From Felis catus (Eukaryota), in the NCBI RefSeq assembly GCF_018350175.1, contig NC_058368.1, positions 59,274,001 through 59,338,000 on the forward strand: 64,000 nucleotides of DNA. Reading direction: 5' to 3'. This document shows positions 1 to 13,268 of this stretch, in pieces. The notes under the pieces are model-generated. The model was not told where the DNA came from. It saw only the letters and a program-made list of their open reading frames with translations, and made no database searches. The position numbers were made by a program, and so were the translations under genes. Within the stretch, counting starts at the first letter, position 1. Each line of letters begins with the position of its first letter.

Positions 1-656
1 TGAGAAGTCATGGACAAATTTAAAATGTTTATATCAATTAGGTTTCTCTTATTGGATTTAAGAAAATTCAGTAAATATATTTAAGACTAGTTATAAATTA
101 TATATACCTGAAATAAACAAAACAAAAAACAAAACAAAAATTTGTCTCTGATATTATGCGATGCCACGGTAGAAATTTTCTCGGACATTACTGGCTCTTC
201 AACCTAACATTCCATGTTAAGAATATTGAAAAAAGAAATATTTTTTTAATTTATTGTGAGTCTGGATGTAGCATTTTCTTAAATACTGAGCATATTTTGC
301 CAGGTGATTTTGCTGTGCTTTCCTCTACCCACGGAGAAAATAATTCTTACCTTTTCTATTAATTACTAGTACTAATTTCCAGCAATAACTCAGTATTAAT
401 CAGATGGTGGAAGCCACTCTCTTCTTAGTCATGTAAGGGCTAGCTTCAGTGTTAGTAGCCATTATATTATGCTTATTTCTACAAAATTTAAAATTGATTA
501 TAGGTAGACACATAGATAAAAATATTTTTAAAAAATTAGGGAAGACAACTGATTTCACTGAGTACATTAACCATCCACAGACAATACAGATAAAATATAA
601 AAATGGTCACTGGAATATTTATTAGTTCTTTAAAACCTAGTTTGAAATGGAAGTTT

Positions 657-877
657 ATATATTTTTTTAATTTTTTAACGTTTATTTATTTTTGAGACAG
701 AGAGAGACAAAGCATGAACGAGGGAGGGTCAGAGAGAGGGAGACACAGAATCTGAAACAGGCTCCAGGCTCTGAGCTGTCAGCACACAGCCCGATGCGGG
801 GCTCGAACTCACGGACTGGGAGATCATGACCTGAGCCGAAGTCGGCCGCTTAACCGAAAGAGCCACCCAGGCGCCCC
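657..877 (-). mobile_element. Carnivore tRNA-derived SINE (SINEC_Fc type)
   Basis: Reverse complement of GGGGCGCCTGGGTGGCT head, CT tract and A tail; TSD tgaaatgga(a/g)gttt at 643-656 and 878-891. Confidence 0.95.
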
Positions 878-1099
878 TGAAATGGAGGTTTTATTTAAAA
901 TAATTTAATGTTTAATGTTAATTATATTTCTAAAAGTGCAAAAATTTCATTTCATGTTGGCCACTCCCAACATTTTGAATAATATGAGAAAGAGCCTTGG
1001 ACAGATATGATGGTAAAATTGATCCAATGTTGACAAAGCAAACACTCAATAAGGCTCTACCCGGTTGTGTTGGCTAAGGCTCTTTGGGCAGGAAAGGAA

Positions 1100-1470
1100 A
1101 ACATACTTGAATTATATGCCTATTCCTTTAAGAATGAATCACTGGATTAGCTTGACAGAGTCTACTATAATCAAGTATGTTTTTTTTGAGGGATGGTGGC
1201 ATATCAGGGACTCAGCATTATTTCCTTTATCTGTAAAGTTGGACATTCAGCAATAAGAAAACAGAGATCTTTCTATACTACCATATGAAAATACAGTGAG
1301 AGGATGGCTCTTCACATGACAGGAAAAGAGCCCTCACGAAGAAATTAACCTGTCTAGGGAAACTTGATTTTGACCTTTCCATCCTCCAGAACAGTGAGAA
1401 CTAAATGCTTGTTGTTTAAGCCATTCAATCTATGGTAATTTGTTATAGTAGCCTGAGTAGTCCAAGATAA
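1100..1470 (+). mobile_element. MaLR LTR relic (MLT1-like)
   Basis: Typical MLT1 3' portion: cctccagaacagtgagaa...ttgttgtttaagcca...tatggtaatttgttatagtagcc. Confidence 0.75.
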
Positions 1471-1619
1471 GTGAAATTTATTCATAGTTCATTTTTTATT
1501 ATTTATAGTGTTTTATGGTATTTGCCTTGCATGGTTTTATTAGTGATTGGTCTAGATATTATAATATACATAAAAAAGTTTATCACAGTCTACTGGTACT
1601 AATGGTTTTTACTTCTCTT

Positions 1620-1665
1620 TTTAAAAATTTTTTAAAGTAATAAACATTATTAAAATAATATTTAT

Positions 1666-1702
<37 letters not shown>

Positions 1703-1853
1703 GTCAGAGAGAGAAAAGGGAAGGAGAGAATCCTAGGCAGGCTCTACACTCTCAGAACAGAGCCTGATGCGGGGAACTCACGAACTGTGAGATCATGACC
1801 TAAGCTGAAACCAAGAGTCAGACATTTAACCAACTGAGCCACTGACGTGCCAC
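1620..1853 (-). mobile_element. Carnivore SINE
   Basis: SINE head on the minus strand, (GA)n tract and T-rich tail. Confidence 0.9.
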
Positions 1854-2593
1854 CTCAAATTTTACTTCTATTTAGGTCCCTTTACCCTCCCTAATTTGTA
1901 TATAATTATTTTAAGAATTTCCTTGGTATACATCCTACACAACATCAGATGTTATGATTTTTACTTCAGCCATTGAATATGATTTAAGAAAATCACGAGA
2001 TTAATAGTCTACCCTTATTTGTAAAGATTTCATGTTTCAATTTCCTTTCTGAAATCCCATGCATTTTTCAATTATCATTTCTTTTCCGTGTATGGAAAGG
2101 GTAGGCTTGCTAGTAACAAAGTTTTTTAGTTTTGCTTTATCTGAGAATGTCTCATTTTGTCTTCACTCCTGAAGGATAGTTTTGTCAGTTCTAGATCTCA
2201 CAGTTGATGATTCTTTTCTTATAACACTTGAAGCATGCTTATTTCCTTCTGAAATGCACAATTTCAAATGAAAAATCCACCATATTTGAAATGCTTTTCT
2301 GCTATACATAAGGTCATTTCTCTCTGACTTCTTCCAAGATGATTTATCATCACCTTTTAGACATTTAATTATAGTATAACTTGGCATAAGTTTTAGGTTT
2401 ATCCTATTTGAGGTTCAGGTTCTTAAATCTGTAGATTTATGCCTTTAACCACACTTGGAAACTTTAATATCACTTTCTTTGAATACTTTTATGGCCCCAC
2501 ATACTTTCTCCTTACCATCTGGGAGTCTGGTGATAGGAATGTTAGCTCTTTTGTTAGTGTTGCTCTTGTTCCTAAGACTCTATTCATTTTCTC

Positions 2594-2648
2594 CCCCTCC
2601 TCTTCCTCCTCCTCATTCTTCTCCTCCTCCTCCTCCTCCTCCTCCTCA
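2594..2648. repeat. (TCC)n simple repeat
   Basis: Directly visible; produces the poly-S, poly-P and poly-E pseudo-ORFs. Confidence 0.9.
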
Positions 2649-3043
2649 TTTTCTTTCTTTTGTTCTGATTGAATAAATTCAATTGATCTGAGTTCAAGTT
2701 CACTGAGTTCACAGATTCTATTCTCTGTCATCTCCACTATACTATTAAACCCATACAGTTTTTTGGTTGGTGGTGTTATGGTTGTTATTACTGTCATTGT
2801 ATTTTCCAGTTATAATTTGCATTGTCTTTTTCTATAACTTTTAATTTGTTTTATCAATATGTTCTCTTTTTTTATTTGATTCAAGACAATAATTTCTTGC
2901 TACAGAGTGAATGAGTAGTCAGGGCCTTGCAATCTTGACATATCCAACAAAATGCGTAGGAATCTAAGAGGCCCATCCTGGGCTACTTCCAAATAATGAA
3001 TATGGCAAGGCTTCAAAGCAACAGAATTGGGTGGATGCAATTA

Positions 3044-3251
3044 ATTTTTTAATATATATTCATTTTTGAGAGGCAGAGAGACAAAGCACAAGTAGGGGAG
3101 GGGCAGAGAGAGGGAGACAGGGAATCTGAAGCAGGTTCCAGGCTCCAAGCTGTCAGCATAGAACTCAATGCAGGGCTCAAACCCACAAACTGTGAGATAA
3201 TGACCTGAGCTGAAGTCAGAGGCTTAACAGACTGAGCTGCCCAGGCACCCC
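3044..3251 (-). mobile_element. Carnivore SINE
   Basis: Full SINE; TSD tggatgcaatta at 3032-3043 and 3253-3264. Confidence 0.95.
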
Positions 3252-3355
3252 ATGGATGCAATTACCTTAATAAGTGTTGAGTGACAGGGTCAGACCATCA
3301 AGTGAGGGCCTGAACCACATACATTTGTAATGATGATTAAGAGCTATGTAAGATG

Positions 3356-3580
3356 GGGGCGCCTGGGTGGCTCAGTCGGTTAAGCGGCCGACTTCGGCCC
3401 AGGTCATGATCTCGCGGTCCGTGAGTTTGAGCCCCACATCGGGGTCTGTGCTGACAGCTCAGAGCCTGGAGCCTGTTTCAGATACTGTGTCTCCCCCTCG
3501 CTGACCTTCCCCTGTTCATGCTCTGTCTCTCTCTGTCTCAAAAATAAATAAAACGTTAAAAAAAATTTAATAAAAAAAAA
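3356..3580 (+). mobile_element. Carnivore SINE (SINEC_Fc type)
   Basis: ggggcgcctgggtggctcagtcggttaag head; TSD aag(a/g)gctatgtaagatg. Confidence 0.95.
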
Positions 3581-3584
3581 GGGC

Positions 3585-4060
3585 TATGTAAGATGGAGTA
3601 GTCCAATTCTTTCTAGGTCCTTCCACTCACTACTAAAAAAAAAAAAAAATCACAGATAATAAAACTTTGAAAACTGGAAAGAAAAAGGAGGGTTACTAAG
3701 AGACCTAGTGATTTGAGGAATTTTTATTCTTTTCGTTGTTGTTGTTATCTCCCATATATCTTGATAGGTTATGACAGAAGCTACCAAACAAGAAACTCCA
3801 ACAGTGGCAAATAAAAATTTCATCAAAAGCCCTTCTTTCTAGATAATGGACTGGGAAAAGTGTGGCTCAGAAGGACAGAAAACCTTTTTGACAATACCTG
3901 CTATAGACCACCAGCCAAATAACAAGAGAAAAACATTCCCCTCTTGTCCTCATGGTTTTAACAAACCTGTGTGGGTTGCTGGTCTTCCATGCTACTACTC
4001 TCTCATCCCATGGATGACTCAGGTGTTAGAATTATCTGACTAGGATTTTAAAGCTGCCAC
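3585..4060 (+). mobile_element. Ancient L1M 5' region, sense orientation
   Basis: Ends in gatgactcaggtgttagaattatctgactaggattttaaagctgcca, typical of the L1M ORF1-start region. Confidence 0.55.
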
Positions 4061-4263
4061 ACAATATTTCATTAAATTTAAAATATTTACATAAATTTGG
4101 TCTTTCATGTTAGACTTAAGAAAATTCAGTAAATATACTCCAATGGGTTTAATTGTAAGTTATATATACCTGAAATAAACAAAAACCCAATTCTGATCAT
4201 ACTCAATGCCACAACAGTAGCAAGTAAGAACAAGTACCTTTTCGAGATCTTGATTTTAATTCT

Positions 4264-4525
4264 ACAGAAAGACAAATACTGCATGATTCCACTTATATGA
4301 AGTTTCTAAAATAGTCAAATGAATAGAATCAAAAAGTGGAATGGTGGTTGCCAGGAGCAGTAACAAGGAGTTACTAACTGATAGGCATAAAGTATCATTT
4401 AGGCAAGATGGATAAGTTCTAGAGATCTACTGCTCAACATTGTATCTATAGCCAAAAGTAGTATTGCATGCTTAGAATTTGCTAAAAGTTTAGTTTCATG
4501 TTAAGCGTTTTTACCATAATAATTT
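4264..4525 (+). mobile_element. L1MA/L1MB-type 3' end fragment
   Basis: cagaaagacaaatactgcatgattccacttatatga...gaatggtggttgccagg. Confidence 0.8.
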
Positions 4526-4552
4526 TTGTTTGTTTGTTTAAAGTATACTCAG

Positions 4553-4730
4553 TTTGCTTGGGTGGCTCAGTTGGTCAGGCATCCCGCTTCAGTTCAGGTC
4601 ACCATCTTGCAGTTTGTGAGTTCAAGCCCCAGTCTGACAGCTTGGACCCTGCTTCAGATTTTGTGTCTCTGCCCCTCCTTTGCTTGTGCTCTCTCTCTCT
4701 TTCAAAAATAAATAAACATTAAAAATTTTT
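4553..4730 (+). mobile_element. Degenerate carnivore SINE with internal deletion
   Basis: gggtggctcagttgg head, CT tract, aaaataaataaacatt tail. Confidence 0.85.
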
Positions 4731-4914
4731 TTAAGGAAACGCATACTCAGAGATGTATCACTTGTTCCTCATTTCTTCTGCCTTGTTTTTATTCTCACAT
4801 TTATTTCTCCCTTTTTCCACCCACTGCCTATAACTACCCAATTTTATTAGTTTCTAGTTTGCCCTTTTTGTATTTTTTAAGCAAAAGAAGAGATATGAGT
4901 GTATTTTCTTTTGT

Positions 4915-5347
4915 ATTTTTTAAACCACTTTATTGAGGTATGACTGATATATAGAAAGCTGTACATATTTAATGTATACAACCTGATGAGTTTAGAGACA
5001 AATATATATCACTACAATCTATGCCATAAACATATTCATCACCTCTAAAAGTTTCCTCCCATCATCTATATTTAAAATAATAATGATGATATAACAATTA
5101 TTCATAATAATAAAGGTATTATTTGCAATAAGAATATTTAACATAAGATTTATTCTCTTAGCAAATTCTCAAGTATACAATACAATATTATATAATACAA
5201 TACAGTAAATGCCTATATAGGCACTGTGCTTTTTAGTAGATCTCTAGGAGTCAATCATCATTTATAACTGAAATTATGTACCCTTTGACCAAAACCTCAA
5301 AATTTTCCTCCCTTTCCCCCAGTCCCTGGCAACTACCATTCTATTTC
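4915..5347 (-). mobile_element. L1MA-type 3' end fragment
   Basis: ctttattgaggtatgactgata...cccagtccctggcaactaccattcta. Confidence 0.8.
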
Positions 5348-6542
5348 CTACATTTTTATAGACAGTATAATATATATTATATATAATTTTTGATAATTTG
5401 CTTTTTTGCAACTAACAACATTTCTTACAATATGTTTTGGAAAGCACTCTACATCAGTTCTATAGAGTCCTTTTTCATTCTTTCCTCCTCCTTGTTTGTA
5501 TAAACCATACTTTATTTAACTACTTTTTTATGTGTAGACATTTAGGTTGTTTCCAAGTTGTATATTCTGGGTTTCCTTTCTTAATTTGTTAAAGCTCTTT
5601 TTACATTAAGGTTATTAGCACTTTATTATATATGTTGCAAATATGTTCTCAGTTTGTCAGTTTATTGTTTGCCAGTTTATTATCATTTTATTTTAATGAG
5701 TATTTTTAAAAATTATATTGGTGAGTTCAGAATTGTTTCCCCTCTGGATTTTTATTTAGTTATAAAACATTTCCATACATAAAGCTTAGAAAAGAGTCAC
5801 TTGTTTGTTTCAGTCTCAGCCATGTATAGTTTCGTTTTTATAGATATTTAGATCTTATTATATTATTAATAATTCTGATTTAGTTCCATTTAAAGATGAT
5901 AAATTAAACTAATGGCTGAAAGCAACACATAGAGAGAAATTGTAAATATATGAGTTCTGTAATTGAAAAGTAAAGGCAAGGTAGATATTGTGAGAATGGG
6001 TAAGGAAAAGTTATGAGAAAATGGCTAATGTGAGAAGAACTTATATGTACCGTCAACCTGAAACAGGATGGCAGGACCTGAAAACCATGCTGTTGGTGGT
6101 GATGACAGGTGATGACACTGGTGTTGACTGTGTTTGCTTGAGTGTATGTGAGCAATGTGTACATGTATGAGTTAGTGTAAGCATGTGCAAGTCAGAAGGA
6201 AGAGCAGGGAAAGGGAAAAGAAGGGGAGGAGGGCCATAATTTGATAAATGTCTTGTTTTTAGTTGAAGTAAGAAGAACAAGCTTTCCTGAGGATGCTGGA
6301 AGTGATGGAACTTGTCTTCCCTATTTGCTTGGTGTCTCTGCCTCATATTTCTCACTTAAGGGCAACTGGATCAGCCAAGGGCTATAGAATCCACTTATGT
6401 CATTACTCTCTATTCTCATTTATAGTGCTGTAGTTATGACTCTAATTCAGATCCTTAGTTTTATCTCACCAGGATTGTTGCAGTAAGATTCTAGTCTCCT
6501 TACATTCAATCTCTTTTTTTCAAAAGCGATAAACATGCTGGG

Positions 6543-6767
6543 TTTTTTTTTTTTTTAATTTTTTTTTTCAACGTTTATTCATTTTTGGGACAGAGAGAGA
6601 GCATGAATGGGCGAGGGGCAGAGAGAGAGGGAGACACAGAATAGGAAACAGGCTCCAGGCTCTGAGCCATCAGCCCAGAGCCCGACGCGGGGCTCGAACT
6701 CACAGACCGCGAGATCGTGACCTGGCTGAAGTCGGACGCTTAACCGACTGAGCCACCCAGGCGCCCC
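6543..6767 (-). mobile_element. Young SINEC_Fc-type SINE
   Basis: CpG-rich near-consensus copy; TSD aaacatgctgggttttt starting at 6531 and 6768. Confidence 0.97.
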
Positions 6768-6780
6768 AAACATGCTGGGT

Positions 6781-6992
6781 TTTTAATGTTTTTTTAATGT
6801 TTATTCATTTTTGAGAGAGAGAGACAGACAGACAGAGAATGAACAGGGGAAAGGGAGACACAGAATCTGAAGCAGGATCCAGGCTCTGAGCTGTCAGCAC
6901 AAAGCCTGATGAGGGACTCAAACTCATGAACCGTGAGATCATGACCAGAGCTTAAGTTGGAAGCTTTACCAACTGAGCTGCCCAGGTGCCCC
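6781..6992 (-). mobile_element. Older carnivore SINE directly adjacent to the previous one
   Basis: Full SINE with decayed CpGs. Confidence 0.92.
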
Positions 6993-7673
6993 TTTATTTA
7001 CTTTGGCTTCCCCAAAGTTTTAGGAACCTAGGTGAAAGGTGCTTAGGAATTTGAGACATGGCAGAAACCAGTACATGTGTTTCCAGTTTCTTAGCCCTGA
7101 CTACCCTGCATATATTTTATGTTACTCACCATTTCTGCCACAAACCCTGGGATTTCCAGACTATGTGACATGACTTTGGTTTTTCATCTCTGCCTAGAAA
7201 ATTCTCTCCTTTACCTTCATCTACTGAAAGTTGTTTCAATCACTCATATTCCCTATTTTTTCTCCATTCAGTCTGTGTAACTTTTATTTTATATCTATTT
7301 TTTGCCTCCAGAAATTTTTATGTCATTAATAATAATCTGACTTACATTATAGCTATATGTGAACTTTTCATTATCTCTTCTAGCCTAATAAGTTACAAAG
7401 TAAGAGCAGATACACTTTAATTATTTTTAAAAAAATATTTATCTTTCTATTGGTAAGGATCAATCATAAATGTTACATTGACCAATGTTTACAGGTTCAT
7501 TAAATTAAAAAATATATATAACCTTGTGGATCATAAAGTAGATGTTAATTTACTGAAGCTCCCAAATGAATTTTTTAAGACCAAGATCTTTTCCTCATTT
7601 CATAAGACACATGTGAATGTATACATATAATATAAAAATATATTATATTATATATAATTTAAGTAAAATTTTA

Positions 7674-7688
7674 TATATATGTGTACAT

Positions 7689-7738
<50 letters not shown>
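7674..7738. repeat. (TA)n/(CA)n microsatellite
   Basis: Directly visible. Confidence 0.9.
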
Positions 7739-7745
<7 letters not shown>

Positions 7746-7884
7746 TGGCATGGGTCCTGCTATTGTAAGTGTATCATAATTGTTATAAGTATAATTTTAC
7801 TTTAAAAAAAATGAAACAAAACTATGGTCAACACAATGTAACTAAAACAATGCTGATATAAATTTATTTAAAATCTACACATTA

Positions 7885-8124
7885 GGGGTGCCTGGGTGGC
7901 TCAGTCGGTTAAGTGTAAGACTTTAGCCCAGGTCATGATCTCATTGTTCGTGAGTTTGAGCCCAGCCTTAGGCTCTGTGCTGACACCTTAGAGCCTGGAG
8001 CCTGCTCTGGGCTCTGTGTCTCCCCCTCTCTCTGCCCCTCACCTGCTCATGCTCTTTCTCTCTCTCTCTCTCTCTCAAAAGTAAATAAACATTAAAAACA
8101 TTTTTAATAAAAATATATAAATAA
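7885..8124 (+). mobile_element. Carnivore SINE
   Basis: TSD taaaatctacacatta at 7869-7884 and 8125-8140. Confidence 0.95.
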
Positions 8125-8310
8125 TAAAATCTACACATTAATTTGAAGAAATACTAGAAAACATTTAAACATAGCTCTCTCTAACTTCATTCTTTATAAA
8201 TTCCATAGGCTTAATGTTTCATAGGATTTGCGTTTTCAAAGTTCAGTTTAACTTTCTATTTCACCTAAACTGAATTGTAAATATATACTATTTGTGTTTA
8301 AGAGCAAAAT

Positions 8311-8514
8311 ATTTTTTTGAGAGAGAAAGAGAGACAGCGTGTGCAGGTGCATGTGCATGTGAATGGGGAAGGGGCAGAGACAGGGAGACAGAGGATCTGA
8401 AGTAAGGTCTGGGCTGACAGCAGCCCCATGCAGGGCTCAAACTCACTAACTTCATGAACCGTGGGATCACATCTGAAGTCCGACGCTCAACCAACTGAGC
8501 CACTCAGGTGTCCC
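8311..8514 (-). mobile_element. Carnivore SINE
   Basis: SINE head and body on the minus strand; TSD-like agagcaaaa. Confidence 0.9.
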
Positions 8515-9769
8515 GAGAGCAAAACCTATTTTGAAGGAAGTTGGAACTTTAAATATTAACCTTGATATTTTAGGTGTTAGGAGTAACTGATTTTAGAAGT
8601 TTTGGCTTTGAGAAACATATTTAGAGAGGCATCTGTATTAATTACTAAGATTAATTATTAAATATTTTATCTTTTAAGGTATTCACAAAATATAACTTAT
8701 TTTTAACTCACAATATTAATAGCAAAGTATTAAAATGTACTTGTTTAATCAGAACATAGCAGTTATTAGAAATATAGCATAACATCAGGATAATTCCCCA
8801 AATTTTCCAGTTCTAGTATGATTATCAACTTGATTTCTGATATTCAGATTACTTTGATCTTTAAACATAGTGAGATAAAAGTTAAGCTGTTTAGTGGGAA
8901 TTCCTTTTAAATGTATTCCAGTATTATCTTCACACCTTTTCATGTTTTGTTTGCTATTTGAAAATGTTCTTTAAAATGTACTCAATTTTCTCTTAAAATA
9001 ATTTGTGTTAATATTTCTTAAAATAAAATCTAACATAGATCACAATGAAGTACACTTGGAAACTCCAACTGTTACATCCACTGTTGGCAACTCTAAGTCA
9101 ATGGATGGGATTTCCCTTTTTAGCAGAGCTGTTTGCATGAGACTAAAATGAGGTATGGAGAAAAGCAAAAGACATGTTTGATTCCTTTTTTAAACATTTT
9201 TACAAAAACTTAGTAAAGAAATAGGATAAGTGTTTGTAGTCACAAATCAGTGCTTTAGTAAGAATTATAAGTAATTGGTATGTTTTTAATATCCATATTT
9301 ATTCATTTTTATCATGAAACACACATTTTCTGGAACCGATTTCAGACGTAATACTTACAGAAAAAAACCACATTAGATCCATAAGTTTCATTCTCTCCCA
9401 AGCAGATGCTATGAAGGTCAAATATTATTGAGCATATGCAAAAAAAAGATTAAACCGACCACAGGAGAGGAGCCCCAAGATTATGAATCTGAACATTTAT
9501 ACAGGTTATACACTGCTCAGCTGCCAATGTCTTCTCCTGAGAGAGGGAGAGAAGAATCATCTTCCTAATGTAAACAAAATCTTTGGAATGTAAACTCTTC
9601 TTAAGATTTTATCCCCCTTAGTAAACTAAACACATGCTTCCAAGAGAAGTAAATCTCTTTGGAAGATATCTCTCTAGACCTTCAGTGATTTTTTTTGTCA
9701 TTTCAGAGGATGTGTTTTGAGCTAAGTTCCAGTTGTCTTTGCTTTGTTTTGCTTTGCATTAAAAAAAAT

Positions 9770-10000
9770 TATATATATATTTTTAATTTTTTTTCCAACG
9801 TTTTTATTTATTTTTGGGACAGAGAGAGACAGAGCATGAACGGGGGAGAGGCAGAGAGAGAGGGAGACACAGAATCGGAAGCAGGCTCCAGGCTCGGAGC
9901 CATCAGCCCAGAGCCTGACGCGGGGCTCGAACTCAGGGACCACGAGATCATGACCTGGCTGAAGTCGGACGCTTAACCGACTGCGCCACCCAGGCGCCCC
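9770..10000 (-). mobile_element. Young SINEC_Fc-type SINE
   Basis: CpG-rich near-consensus copy; aaaaaattatat on both sides. Confidence 0.97.
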
Positions 10001-10275
10001 CCAAAAAATTATATTTTTGTGAAAGTTGACAGGAAGATTTCCTTTTCTATACCAATGTTATCCTTATTTTATCCTCATTCTATGAAAAAGAAACAAAGAT
10101 AAAAATTAGAGAAATTTTGTTTCAATTCTTGTTAGGTGGCATTTTTACCCTCTACTTAGATATTAAGAGTTACTTTTCTTACATGAGTAAATAATGATCA
10201 AGCCACTAAAAAGAATAAGAAACTATAATTTTAAAGATTTGGAATTTATATATGATTATAAAAATATTTTGCCCA

Positions 10276-10480
10276 GGGGAACCTACCTGGGTGGCTCAGT
10301 CGGTTAAGTGTCTGACTTCGGCTCAGGTCATGATCTTGCTGTTCGTGGATTCAAGCCCAGCATTGGCTCAGTGCTGACAGCTCAGAGCCTGGAGCCTGCT
10401 TTGGATTTTATGTCTCCCCTGCTCATGCTCTGTCTCTCTCTGTCTCAAGAATAAATAAACATTAAAAAAATGTAAAAAAC
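10276..10480 (+). mobile_element. Carnivore SINE
   Basis: SINE head, CT tract and A tail. Confidence 0.92.
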
Positions 10481-10599
10481 GTTTTGCCAAAATATTAAAA
10501 TAATTTTTGCTGCAATTATTTAATCTTTCCATTATATATCTGATGGATGGTCACAAAATTTCAGATTCTTTTTGTAACTAATTGGTTAACTTAATAAAT

Positions 10600-11200
10600 A
10601 ACATTTTGAGGGATTCTATGCACTCTGCCTTAGATGTTACAAATAAAGTTATGAACTTCCTGGTGTTTGTATTATGGTTGGACAGACAATCAAAATAATA
10701 GAAATATACAATATTTTCAAATAATATTATATCCTATGTGGAAAATAAAGAATGCTAAGTTATTAATGACTGAAATGGGGTGGAAGATAACATTTTAGAA
10801 ATTGCAGTCATGGGGGGATAACAGTTTAGTCAAGACCTGAATAAAGAGATTTGAATGTTCTCCAAATAACTGACGAAAGAATATTCCCGTTAAAAAAAAA
10901 AAAAAGCAATTGGCAAGGCCCTAAAAATGAGAAAAAAAATTTGAATTTTGTCTTTTAAGAAAAAAGAAAGAATGCCTATGTATCTAGATTATATTATGTT
11001 TATGATAGAGAGTGCTATGAGGTGACACTGGGGAGGTAGGAAATAATCATATAATTTATTACATGTATTAGACCTCCAAGCTATGCCTAGGAGCACAAGT
11101 TTTATTACAATGATTAGGAGAAAAGCAATGAGGGTGAATTTGTCGTAATTATATATTAGACAGATCCATGTGATTGCAGAGCAAAAATTAGGCTAGCAAA
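10600..11200 (-). mobile_element. L2 relic
   Basis: Purine-rich antisense L2-like text (aagacctgaata...aagaatattcc...gcaaggccct...). Confidence 0.55.
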
Positions 11201-11265
11201 GGGCAGAATTGGTCACAAGTTGAATTTACCAAAAAAAAGGAAGTGTATTTAAGATCATAAAAGTT

Positions 11266-11482
11266 GGGGGCACCAGGGTAGCTTTCAGATGGTTAAGCAT
11301 CTGACTTTGGCTCAGGTCATGATCTTACGCTTCATGATTTTGAGCTCTATATCGGGCTCTGTGCTGTCACCTTGGAGCTTGGAACCTGCTTCATACTCTG
11401 TGTCTCCCTCTCTTTCTGTCCCTCCCCTCCTTCCTCTCTCTCATGCTCTCAAGAATAAATAAACAATACAAATTTTTTTTTA
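11266..11482 (+). mobile_element. Carnivore SINE
   Basis: TSD aagatcataaaagttg on both sides. Confidence 0.93.
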
Positions 11483-12442
11483 AAGATCATAAAAGTTGAA
11501 GTAAGACATGGTTAAATATTAGAAATATTTTGAGAAACAATGAACAACCTTTACATTTGGGTGGAATTTCTGTGTGCTTTTTGGGTAGCAGAAAGAAGAA
11601 AGCAATAGAATTTAAAAATAGAGTATTCCTCTTAGTGAACTGGGCATCTGGAAACATGTGGAGCTGTTAAAGGAGATTAGAAAGCTGGGAGAGGATGTGA
11701 TAAAAGGATGACCAAGTTCAATACAGTCAGTCTAAGGGGAAGAATGTGGTCAATCTACCATGTATTTTATACACTGTGCTTCTATTAATTTGATATGAAT
11801 ATCACATGAAGATTTGTTATTATAAAATACTTCAAAAGATCACATGAAGCATTTTGGTGCTCACATCAAAATGTTAATTCATTAAAATGTGTGTCAATTG
11901 AGGTCCCTAAGAATTTTTACTACAATATGTTGTTATGGACATTGGTACTCTGAAAGTAATTTCATGGATTTTATTTACACTTATTATATGTCACTTGTCA
12001 GATACATTCTATTGTTCTAGTTTATAAAAAGCATTTTTGTATCACAATTTTGCTTTCCAATATTTCATGTTAACAACAACAACAAAAACAGTTCTCTAAC
12101 TTTCAAGTTCTAGTTTCTAGTATCTCACCTGTATGTACCAGGTCTTGCATATGATTTTTTTGTTTTCTTGGCAATCTACACCATATTGGTTTTGTGGTGT
12201 TGTACTGCAATTAGCTCCCGTAAAAGTTTCAAGAAACAAGGAAAGCTTAAAAGGGTCAAAGAACTAAGCTTTTGGATTCCCATGCATTCACTATTCTTAC
12301 CACCAAACAGGAAATAAAGACATAGGGCTTATCATTTATACACAAATTGGGGGTGAGGTTTAAAAAGAAAGGGAAGAAATTGAAAAGAGAATATACAAGT
12401 CAAAGAAAAGAGTGGGATGGGTTGGGGCAAATATGTAAATTT

Positions 12443-12595
12443 AAGAATTCTGATTCTGAAATCAGATTACCTGAATTCTAATCCAGCCTCATTGCTTTCT
12501 AACTATGTGGCCTTAAAAAATTTGGCTCAACTCTATAAATCTCAGTATTCTTATCTGTAAAATGATGATAACAGTATTTTCCTCATAGGTTTAAG
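12443..12595 (+). mobile_element. MIR relic
   Basis: MIR core: ctatgtggcctt...tctcagtattcttatctgtaaaatgatgataacagta. Confidence 0.8.
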
Positions 12596-13268
12596 AAAAA
12601 AGATAATATCTAGTTTGCTATTAATATGTTTACTAAAATTATTCCCATGATTAAAATATTCAATAAACCCAGATAAAATTTCACACTGGTCAATATTTGA
12701 TTGCCTTTATAGTTCAATAATAATCATCACACTATTTGATTCATTACTGCAAAGAAAACATCATGATTAATTAGGCAACATATGCTTGACTTCTAATAAA
12801 ATTAAATATTCAGAAAAAAACATATTCATATGTAATATATGTGCACTCTTACTCTAATATCATTTTTAGATAGTTTTTAATATTCTCCAAAGATACTAAT
12901 AAAATGTTGTTGGTTTTATTCCATTATTTTCATCATAAAATAATTCATTAATATGCTAATTTAGACTATATCAATATTTCAAAATTGGCATGTGACTATA
13001 ACCATTATTATAGTTACTTAAAACCTTCTTCAGGGTGGCTAAAAGACAGAAAAATTCTCCCTAATTAAAATTAAAACTAACACACAAACCAAAAAGGAAA
13101 CAAAAAAAACCTGACGTATAAAATAGTTTATGCTAAAGATATCCATATGTGTATCCACATACACGTGTCCAATCAGAAATTAGAACATAACAGCAACTGT
13201 GACACTGGACGCTTTTTTCTACATCTTATATAATGTGTTAATTCAATGCTGTTGAAAGAATGACTTTT

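Larger units (their letters stand above)
1480..2903 (-). mobile_element. Ancient L1M fragment (ORF1 region), interrupted by a SINE and a (TCC)n tract
   Basis: Antisense L1M-type text such as tctgagaatgtctcattttgtcttcactcctgaaggatagttttg and ttcaagttcactga. Confidence 0.7.

Noticed and set aside
2439..2797. Poly-Glu, poly-Ser and poly-Pro ORFs
   Set aside because: Produced by a (TCC)n repeat inside an L1 relic.
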